DNA from: Candidatus Bathyarchaeum tardum
GTDB lineage: Archaea; Thermoproteota; Bathyarchaeia; Bathyarchaeales; Bathyarchaeaceae
Assembly (NCBI GenBank): GCA_024650005.2
Contig: CP122380.1
Location: 32,001 to 96,000, forward strand
Direction: 5' to 3'
Length of the DNA stretch: 64,000 bases
A program made the translations under genes and the position numbers. Position 1 is the first letter of the stretch, and each line of letters opens with the position of its first letter. This document shows positions 50,185 through 57,582 of the stretch, one piece after another. The notes beneath the pieces are model-generated. The model did not search any database and had not been told where the DNA came from. It saw only the letters and a program-made list of their open reading frames with translations.

Positions 50185-50288
50185 TGGTTAAACCCAAATT
50201 TTTCCAAACATTTGAAAAAGTTTCTTGCTACAAAGGCTAAATAACGTGTTTAAACCATTTTTACAATATAACATGGGGAGCATAGAAT

Positions 50289-50645
50289 TTGTCACGAGTA
50301 AAAATAACAAAACACGAACTTGTAGATAAGAACACAATATTTTTTTCTGTTCTGTTGGAAACAGCAAACGCTAATCAACTTTTCTTAAGTGAAACCGAAG
50401 ATAAACTTGGAACATTAGCGGTATCTATGCCCCAACCAAAAAAGATGGTTGGCAGTCCTGTTTCATCAGTTCTTTTAGGCGACCGCAACATGATGATCAC
50501 CCGCTTGTTAGCAGAAATTTTGGCTAAAAAAACCGAAAAAATGAGTTTAGTTTCAGTTTTTGTAAAATCTCTTAACGAACAAGAAGCGGGTCCAATTCTT
50601 CGAAAACTCTTGGATGAGACCCTCAAAAAAATGGAAGAAAAATAA
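50289..50645 (+). CDS. proteasome assembly chaperone 4 (PAC4)-like protein
   Basis: LGTLAVSMP...PVSSVLLGD......LA..LAKKT.K..LVS parallels the recalled PSMG4 LRNLAVAM...PVSTSLLGD......LAQRLARKTNKQVFVS. Confidence 0.65.
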   Translation: MSRVKITKHELVDKNTIFFSVLLETANANQLFLSETEDKLGTLAVSMPQPKKMVGSPVSSVLLGDRNMMITRLLAEILAKKTEKMSLVSVFVKSLNEQEAGPILRKLLDETLKKMEEK

Positions 50646-50738
50646 CATAAGCAAACTGTTTGCCGTTTTTGTTGTTGGTTTCCAGCTAACACATATATTT
50701 GACCTATTGTACGTAGTTTTGGAAATTCCGGAGGAACC

Positions 50739-52124
50739 GTGATGGATTTCGACGTTATAATTGTAGGTGCTGGTCCGGCTGGAATCTTTTCTGCCCTTGA
50801 GTTAGCTGACAAAACAGACCTTAAAGTCTTGCTTTTGGACAGAGGCTCATCCATAGACGAGCGCAAATGCCCTGCCAGTAGAGGATTAGGCTGTTTAAAC
50901 TGTGACCCATGCTCCCTGTTAGCGGGATGGGGAGGCGCAGGTGCATTCAGTGACGGAAAACTTACCTTGTCCACAGAAGTTGGTGGATGGCTCAATGAAT
51001 ACTGCAACGAAAAAGAACTATGGGACTTATTACATTACGTTGACGACAAGTACATCGAGTTTGGAGCAACCAAACACATTTACAGTGTTGATCAACAAAC
51101 CTTTGAAGCCCTAGAACAGAAAGCATCCCTTGCAGGATTAAAGTTAGTTCAACAAAAAGTCCGCCATATGGGTACAGAAAAATGTGCTGAAACTCTTCGT
51201 ATGATGCGAGAACATATAGAAGACAAGGTTGACATTCGAACCCGAACAAACGTAAAAACACTCCTAGTCAAAGATGGAGAAATCCAAGGCGTAGAAACAA
51301 CCAAGGGAGAAAAATTTTACGCAAAATATGTCATTTTAGCCCCCGGAAGAATTGGAGCACAATGGCTTAAAACGGAAGCAGAACTTCTTGGACTAAAAAC
51401 ACTAAACAATCCAGTAGACATTGGGGTCCGTGTTGAGCTTCAAGCTGCTGTTATGGCAAATCTTACAAAAACCTTGTATGAGCCTAAGTTGATTTATCAT
51501 TCTAAATCCTTTGATGATCAAGTTAGAACTTTCTGTGTTTCTCCATTGGGAGAAGTTATCACTGAATCCTATGACGGCGTGTTAACAGTAAACGGACAAA
51601 GTTACGCTGAACGAAAAACCAAAAACACAAACTTTGCTATTCTAGTTAGCACTTCTTTCACTGAACCCTTCCGGGAACCCATCGCATACGGAAAATACAT
51701 TGCCCGACTTTCAAACTTGCTCAGCGGAAGCGTAATTGTCCAAAGATTAGGCGACCTAAAAGCTGGACGACGCTCAACCGAAGCACGAATAAAACGAAGC
51801 CTATGCGTTCCAACCCTAAAGAACGCTATACCGGGTGATTTGAGTTTTGTTTTGCCTTACCGTTACTTGTCAGACATTAAAGAAATGCTCCAAGCATTGG
51901 ACAAAATCTCACCGGGTGTTTACTCAAATGACACTTTACTGTATGGAGTTGAAGTCAAATTCTATTCCACACGCCTTGAATTAACCCGCCAGCTTGAAAC
52001 AAAAATCAAAAACGTATTCACAATCGGTGACGGCGCAGGAGTAAGCCGAGGACTCATTCAAGCTTCAGCTTCAGGGGTTATTGTTGCCAACGAGATTGCA
52101 AAACGTGAAAAACAAAACATATAA
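50739..52124 (+). CDS. FAD-dependent oxidoreductase (COG2509-like)
   Basis: IVGAGPAG, Cys cluster then G.GGAGAFSDGK, VDIGVRVE, RTFC..P.GEV, YGVEVKFYS, GDGAGVSRG. Confidence 0.9.
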   Translation: MMDFDVIIVGAGPAGIFSALELADKTDLKVLLLDRGSSIDERKCPASRGLGCLNCDPCSLLAGWGGAGAFSDGKLTLSTEVGGWLNEYCNEKELWDLLHYVDDKYIEFGATKHIYSVDQQTFEALEQKASLAGLKLVQQKVRHMGTEKCAETLRMMREHIEDKVDIRTRTNVKTLLVKDGEIQGVETTKGEKFYAKYVILAPGRIGAQWLKTEAELLGLKTLNNPVDIGVRVELQAAVMANLTKTLYEPKLIYHSKSFDDQVRTFCVSPLGEVITESYDGVLTVNGQSYAERKTKNTNFAILVSTSFTEPFREPIAYGKYIARLSNLLSGSVIVQRLGDLKAGRRSTEARIKRSLCVPTLKNAIPGDLSFVLPYRYLSDIKEMLQALDKISPGVYSNDTLLYGVEVKFYSTRLELTRQLETKIKNVFTIGDGAGVSRGLIQASASGVIVANEIAKREKQNI

Positions 52125-52184
52125 TCTTCCCCATTTTTGGGCACATTTTTTATTCTTATAACAAATAGCGCTAGTTTTGATGTT

Positions 52185-52262
52185 TGGTGGGACCGCCCGG
52201 ATTTGAACCGGGGTCACGAACGTCCGAGGCTCATAGCCTAGACCATGCTAGCCGACGGTCCC
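52185..52262 (-). tRNA. tRNA-Pro (anticodon CGG), encoded CCA, no intron
   Basis: GGGACCG/CGGTCCC acceptor stem, discriminator A, T-arm CCCGG-TTCAAAT-CCGGG, anticodon loop CT-CGG-AC (anticodon at 52226-52224). Confidence 0.92.
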
Positions 52263-52409
52263 TGTTTTATTGGATGGTACTGCAGTTTTAGATAAGGATT
52301 CTCGTCTAAGAATTTTGATTTCAACCCAACTGATTTCAGCTATTTTTTGGGTTATTGATAGCTGAAGCTGGTTTAAGACTATACATTAAACAAAAAGTAA
52401 AAAAATATT

Positions 52410-52553
52410 TTACTGGGTAAATTTGTCGCGGTTGCGTTTGAATTTCTTTTTGCATTTAACGCTGCAGAAGTAGTAGGTTTCTCCGTCGTGAGTGATTTTA
52501 TATTTGGCGGTTTTTTCGTTCAGGTTTACGCCGCACACTGGGTCTCTTGGCAT
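52410..52553 (-). CDS. YHS/TRASH domain protein (47 aa)
   Basis: Read by hand: MPRDPVCG...HDGETYYFCSVKCKKKF; GAAGG SD. Confidence 0.88.
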   Translation of the reverse strand: MPRDPVCGVNLNEKTAKYKITHDGETYYFCSVKCKKKFKRNRDKFTQ

Positions 52554-52730
52554 TTTGTTTCCTTCTTCTCACAAATAGGGAAAGGTATTAGATAAGCTCT
52601 TTGCATGCTAAACGTCGATTTGGAGGCTTTTTTACCAATAAAGAGTTCATTTAATGGTCAAAGTTTTTGTCAGGTAATGTTTAAAAGTTCAATTTCAGTA
52701 AACGTGAAGCTGTAAAGGATAGGACGTTTT

Positions 52731-52919
52731 ATGGTTGACGTTAAAATTGGTGACAGAATAAAGATTCCTGTTCACAGTGTTTTTCATCAAGAAGCTGAAC
52801 ACTACGGCAAAGTCGTATACATCAGCGAAGACAAAGAAACAATAACCGTAAAATGTGAACGCAAACATGGCGGCAAAACAGTCGCATTCAACATCGCTCT
52901 TGTACCAAGACAATATTAA
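52731..52919 (+). CDS. small hypothetical protein, SH3/KOW-like beta barrel
   Basis: VKIGDRIKI...GKVVYISEDKETITVKC; AGGA SD. Confidence 0.65.
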   Translation: MVDVKIGDRIKIPVHSVFHQEAEHYGKVVYISEDKETITVKCERKHGGKTVAFNIALVPRQY

Positions 52920-52994
52920 ACAATTACATTTTTCATAAAAGCGCATTGAAATGCACTCGACCTGAACTAAGTGCAGGGTGCTAAGTTTTGTGAA

Positions 52995-53085
52995 AACTAG
53001 GTGTAATAACCCTCAAACCATGTTATTAGCTCAATAATATAGTTCAGTGTTAAAACAATTTTTTCCAAACCAAAGAAAACAAAAA
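52995..53085 (-). repeat. dispersed intergenic repeat, copy D (degenerate)
   Basis: Minus strand TTTTTGTTTTCTTTGGTTTGGAAAAAATTGTTTTAACACTGAACTATATTA, then TAATAACATGGTTTGAGGGTTATT, matching the copy B core and tail with gaps. Confidence 0.65.
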
Positions 53086-53102
53086 TGTAAGCCTAAACGA
53101 AA

Positions 53103-53894
53103 CTATTTTTCTCGGCTAAAGGAACCTTTGCCGCCATTCTTAGAAATGTAATCTATTGCAGAATCTGTAGATTTTTCTAAAATGCTTTCTGCACTTTTAT
53201 AGTCTTCAGCGGCAACTACAATTCGATAATTTGGGGGAGAAACAAGATAGATGGCTACTTCGGCTCCTTCGGCTTCACCTACTTCTTGAGCTTGCTTGAG
53301 AGCATCCTTGATTACAAGAACTCCCTTTGGACTAGGATTTTGTAGGTCCAAAATTCCTTTCACATTAACTAAAGAAACCTGAATTTTATCCTGGGCAATT
53401 TCAGTTAAAGCGTCAGCAAGTTCTTGATTAATACCTAACTCAAGGAGAACTTCAACACCATCTTTTGCAGTCTTTTCCAGACCTTCATACAATGCCCCAA
53501 AAGCATTTTCGATTAGGGCTCCCCCTTGTTCATAGGCGTCTTCAAAACTAATGTTAAGTTTCTCAGCAGCAGTCCGAAGAAGACTTTCGGCTTTTCGGTC
53601 TTTCTTCCAAGACTGAATTTTTTCTTTCTTATCCCGTTTTGTTACTCGTCTACGGGAAAGATCAACTTGACCTTTGTCTGCTTTAACACGTAAAACTTTA
53701 AGAACAACTTTTTGGCCCTCACGAACATAATCCCGAATGTTTCGAACCCAACGGGAAGCCACTTCAGAAACATGCAAAAGACCCTCTTTGTCGTATTCGT
53801 CAAGCCTAACATAAACGCCGTAATCGGTTATTCGTTCAACCGTGGCGATTACTAAATCGCCAACTTCAGGCCATTCAGGTCTCCTTAAACTCAT
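53103..53894 (-). CDS. eif2a: translation initiation factor aIF2 alpha
   Basis: PEVGDLV.ATV, S1 domain EGLLHVSEV..RWVRNIRD, VDLS.RRV, PP.YRI. Confidence 0.97.
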   Translation of the reverse strand: MSLRRPEWPEVGDLVIATVERITDYGVYVRLDEYDKEGLLHVSEVASRWVRNIRDYVREGQKVVLKVLRVKADKGQVDLSRRRVTKRDKKEKIQSWKKDRKAESLLRTAAEKLNISFEDAYEQGGALIENAFGALYEGLEKTAKDGVEVLLELGINQELADALTEIAQDKIQVSLVNVKGILDLQNPSPKGVLVIKDALKQAQEVGEAEGAEVAIYLVSPPNYRIVVAAEDYKSAESILEKSTDSAIDYISKNGGKGSFSREK

Positions 53895-53919
53895 GTTTCT
53901 TATTTCCCTTTTTTCTACC

Positions 53920-54117
53920 TTACTCTAATTCGGCAGTAATTTCGCCCTTGACTGCGACCTTTCCACCAGAAGGCTCAGCCAACACTGCACTACAAACATT
54001 GCAACAAACAGATGTTGTAGCATGACTGAAAACAAATTGTTCATTTCCACAGTCAGGACATTTTATTCGATAGAAACTGCTTTTAGGTTTTGGTATAACT
54101 TTATCCCATTCACTCAA
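53920..54117 (-). CDS. rps27e: 30S ribosomal protein S27e
   Basis: PKS.F..IKCPDCGNEQ.VFSHA..V.C.VC...LAEP.GGK. Confidence 0.97.
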   Translation of the reverse strand: MSEWDKVIPKPKSSFYRIKCPDCGNEQFVFSHATTSVCCNVCSAVLAEPSGGKVAVKGEITAELE

Positions 54118-54134
54118 TATTTTTCCACTCCATT

Positions 54135-54413
54135 TTAGACTATGGTCAATTTCTTAAGGCGCATACCTTTTTTATGGCGCATAAAGCCACAACTCTTGCA
54201 TTTGAGTCGCAGCGTCATTTTCTTAGTTACTTTTGCAAACTTTCTTTGCCGGGGGAATTTTTGTCCACCATAGCCTTTCTTTTCCCGCAGTTCGTGAGCT
54301 CGCTCACCTTTGGCTAAGGCTCTCCTCTTACCTGCCTTGTACAAGGAAACAGTGTGAACTTTATGAGTCTGACACTTAGGGCAGTACGTGTTTACTTCTT
54401 TTGGAGTATTCAT
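54135..54413 (-). CDS. rpl44e: 50S ribosomal protein L44e (eL42)
   Basis: TYCPKC..H..H.V, KGYGGQKFP, KVTKK..LRLKC..CG. Confidence 0.97.
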   Translation of the reverse strand: MNTPKEVNTYCPKCQTHKVHTVSLYKAGKRRALAKGERAHELREKKGYGGQKFPRQRKFAKVTKKMTLRLKCKSCGFMRHKKGMRLKKLTIV

Positions 54414-54690
54414 TGCGACCACTGACTAGTTAAGTATAACACAGCTCCCTTAATTACTATTTATCTGTTTCTTTTTAAAAACAGAAACGCATATCAAAAC
54501 ACAAAATAAATTTTTGATTTTAAGAAATTATGCCATAAAATTTTAGATGTACCAAAATAAACCATTTACAGATATAAATAAAGTGGAGAGCACATTTTGG
54601 CGCATAAACCAAAAAAATGGTTCAAATAAAGAAAATGTTGCACTACCAAAACGTGCTTGGAAAGTGCTTAATCTCCAGATTTTTTAGAGC

Positions 54691-55188
54691 TTATATGTCG
54701 TCTGCTAGATATTTGAGGTCAAAGTCTCGCAGGGTGTTTCCTGAACCTATGCTTACAAGGAATGATTCAAAATTATCCAACGAAGAGCCCCAATCCATAG
54801 AGAACGAACGGATAAATGCCGAATAGGCGGAATAGTCTTTGTGGAATGAGATTAAAATTAAGTCCTTTCCAAAACCTTCACCATCAGTGGCAAATATCAC
54901 ATTAGGACGTTTGGCTATCCATTCTTTGGATGTTTTCATCATCGCCTCGAAAGTTGTGTTTTCGGGGTTTGTTTTCATTTTTGCGAGAGTGAATGCCATT
55001 ATTTGGTAACCAAGTTTTTTGAAGTCAGGAATTATTGTGTAGGTATTGATGTATTCTTTTTCGATTCTAGCCCGAGTTCTGGAAACTGTGGGTTGTGAGA
55101 CGCCAAGAATGCCAGCTAATTCGCGATCGCTTTTTTTGGAGTTTTTAAGCATTTCACTTACTAGTCTAAGGAGTTTTTGCTGTTTCAT
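54691..55188 (-). CDS. Lrp/AsnC family transcriptional regulator
   Basis: KNSKKSDRELA..LGVSQPTVSR.R HTH; YTIIPDF.KLGY. Confidence 0.9.
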   Translation of the reverse strand: MKQQKLLRLVSEMLKNSKKSDRELAGILGVSQPTVSRTRARIEKEYINTYTIIPDFKKLGYQIMAFTLAKMKTNPENTTFEAMMKTSKEWIAKRPNVIFATDGEGFGKDLILISFHKDYSAYSAFIRSFSMDWGSSLDNFESFLVSIGSGNTLRDFDLKYLADDI

Positions 55189-55335
55189 AATATAATATCT
55201 TATGTAAGTCCTTTAAAAGTTTGATGCATTCTATAGCATCTCCTTTATAAAGAGACGGGGGTTCAACAATAGTTTTGATACATTTTTTCCAATTTTTGTA
55301 CGCTATAACAGGATGAAATGAGTGAAAATACAAAG

Positions 55336-55352
55336 GCAAACAGGTACCAAAT
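55336..55352. repeat. 17-bp intergenic motif GCAAACAGGTACCAAAT, copy 2
   Basis: Identical to 21158-21174. Confidence 0.6.
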
Positions 55353-55419
55353 GAATGAAAAATTAAAAAATATAGAATAATGAGCTGAAAAGAATTATTT
55401 TGAAAATAATTATTTTAAG

Positions 55420-55968
55420 TTATTTTGCGTCAACTTGTACAGCCAAACCTTGTTTAACTAGAATCCGAGCATTTTCTTGGGGCAAGGTTGCGATATCTTC
55501 AGGCATAAAGGGACCATAAGTTTTCATGTCTGCCCCAATTAAAGAAGTAATTTCCTGAACAAAACGAAGAACACAAGTATCTTGTTTTGATCCTTTTTTT
55601 ACAACTGACAAATGACCACGAAGAATGTCCTTCGAGAAAGCATAATATTCTTCCGACAAAGGCAATGCAGATTCATACAATTTTTTTTCTTCTTCAGACA
55701 AGGTGTCAGAGGGCACTGGTTCGCGACAAAGAGCTTTTTCTTGAAGTTTTTGGTAACGCAAACATAAAAGTTCTCCAACCATAACTTTGAAATAACTAAT
55801 TTCAGTGTGCAACAATTGGGCTTTTGGGGTCTTTTTATCTAACATCCGATTTTCGACTTTCAATTTTTTATAATAAGAAGTAATTTTACTATAGAAGTTA
55901 GTTGGAAGACGCTGAAGGTCTTCATGTTCTTTTTCCTTTTTCCAAAGTTCATACACTTCATTATACAA
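55420..55968 (-). CDS. gins15: GINS complex subunit Gins15 (Gins51)
   Basis: LQ.LP.NFY, R..K, L..EE, G.DMKTYGPF..EDIATLP.ENA..LV..G; lies between priS and rpl44e. Confidence 0.9.
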   Translation of the reverse strand: MYNEVYELWKKEKEHEDLQRLPTNFYSKITSYYKKLKVENRMLDKKTPKAQLLHTEISYFKVMVGELLCLRYQKLQEKALCREPVPSDTLSEEEKKLYESALPLSEEYYAFSKDILRGHLSVVKKGSKQDTCVLRFVQEITSLIGADMKTYGPFMPEDIATLPQENARILVKQGLAVQVDAK

Positions 55969-55973
55969 GGTAA

Positions 55974-57221
55974 CTAAACCACCTTTGCGAAACCTTTACA
56001 CAGTAACATCAACGCTGCTGCAGTAGGCAACTCAACATCTTGTTGATCATATGGACCGTAAAGTTGGTCCTCTACCCTAAACTGAGGCGCGCTTGAAACA
56101 TGAACAGTAACATCCCCCTTCTTAAAAGCTACTGCACTCTTTAGAGGATCAAAATCATCAATTCGGTTAGCAGAAAATTCAAGTTTTTTCAACCCTGTTT
56201 TCCCATGCAAAGAATTAAGGAGCCGAATCAGTCGATTAACGTCAGGAGTAACCACTGTGTCTATGTTCACGGACTGTTTCTCCACACCATATTCAGCAAT
56301 TTGCCGCCAAGTATCTGCACTAATATCTTTAATTGCACCCCAAGGACCTTTCTCTTTCCAACTTTCCAAAATTGAGTCTCTGTATGTAAGTATGACATTT
56401 ATGTGCCGAGGCTTTAAGCCAGCACGCATTAAGTCTTCTTTTGAAGCAGTTTGGATAAAGTCGTAAGTTCCTTTAGCCAACCGACCCCTCCAACCTTTGT
56501 CATTTAAGTCAGGACCAGAGACCTTCTTTTCAGAAGTTGCACTTTTTCCTAAACCATGAAATTTCGCTTCTAAACCAATCCCCATCACATAATCAACTAT
56601 TTCTTTGCGACCCAAAGAATCCAAGTCTCGAATGGACTTATCTTCCACGTGAACATGGTATCCTCTATGCCCAGAAAAAGCTACAGTTAATTCTTGTAAA
56701 GAAAACCCAAAATCCGCTGATAATACATCTAAAAGTTTGATCGCTTCAACCTTGGAAGCTTCTAAACAGATGTCACAGGGCATAGTTTTCTCTTTAAATT
56801 TAGTTCCAGTACACTTGAAACATTTAGAGGGATGCTTCCCTTTCCCCGAGACACCACAAGTGGTACAAACCCAAAAATCGTGAAGGGACGCACATGGAGT
56901 TGGTATATGGTCAGCATCTATATCAAAAACCAAGTCAGCACCAAGCCATCCTTTTGATTTCATTTCTTCCATTGGTCGTTCATAATACGCACTGGAATAG
57001 TAAGCATCTGAAGGCACAGTAGAAATTAATGAAGACCGTATTCCTTCCACATTCCTGAACCCTTTGTGTCTAACCATAACTTTTTTGTCAAGAAGAAGAA
57101 AACCAAACTCCCGTCGCTGCAAAGATGAAGGCGCCATAATTGAGGCGGAATTTTCTTTGTAGTATTCAGCAAATTTGTTTTGAATAAATGTCTGGGATAA
57201 AGAGGACATGTTTTTCTGCAC
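55974..57221 (-). CDS. priS: DNA primase small (catalytic) subunit
   Basis: REFGF, RH, YYSSAYY, GADLVFDIDAD, FSGHRGYHVH, IDTVVT.D..RLIR...SLHGKTG. Confidence 0.96.
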   Translation of the reverse strand: MQKNMSSLSQTFIQNKFAEYYKENSASIMAPSSLQRREFGFLLLDKKVMVRHKGFRNVEGIRSSLISTVPSDAYYSSAYYERPMEEMKSKGWLGADLVFDIDADHIPTPCASLHDFWVCTTCGVSGKGKHPSKCFKCTGTKFKEKTMPCDICLEASKVEAIKLLDVLSADFGFSLQELTVAFSGHRGYHVHVEDKSIRDLDSLGRKEIVDYVMGIGLEAKFHGLGKSATSEKKVSGPDLNDKGWRGRLAKGTYDFIQTASKEDLMRAGLKPRHINVILTYRDSILESWKEKGPWGAIKDISADTWRQIAEYGVEKQSVNIDTVVTPDVNRLIRLLNSLHGKTGLKKLEFSANRIDDFDPLKSAVAFKKGDVTVHVSSAPQFRVEDQLYGPYDQQDVELPTAAALMLLCKGFAKVV

Positions 57222-57330
57222 AATTTACAATAAAACAAAAACAATATTTAAACAAAATTAGAGCCCAAATAACTTAGAAAAAAGCTTGTAATTTTATATT
57301 AACCTTGTACAATAGTATATTTTGAGTACC

Positions 57331-57576
57331 ATGAAAAAACTAAAAAACAAAAGGAGTTCCAAAAAAGAAGAGGGCGAAGAAAATGAAACCATGGACATTT
57401 ATGACGAAAAACAACTAGAAGAAATGCTAGATAACGACGAAATAACTGAAGCCGAATATAGTTTCATGCTAGGAAGAGAAAAAGTCCGAAAAGAAAAGAG
57501 ACTAGGTCTTGAAAGAAAAGAACATCAAGACAGTCATTCAGGCGAATTAGCAAAAACAGAATACGAAGACGATTGA
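57331..57576 (+). CDS. small charged hypothetical protein
   Basis: Basic N-terminus, acidic core DIYDEKQLEEMLDNDEITEAEYSFMLG; antisense between priL and priS. Confidence 0.65.
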   Translation: MKKLKNKRSSKKEEGEENETMDIYDEKQLEEMLDNDEITEAEYSFMLGREKVRKEKRLGLERKEHQDSHSGELAKTEYEDD

Positions 57577-57582
57577 GCAAGA

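Noticed and set aside
54617-54826. 69-aa plus-strand ORF
   Set aside because: Mostly antisense to the Lrp gene; no supporting signals.
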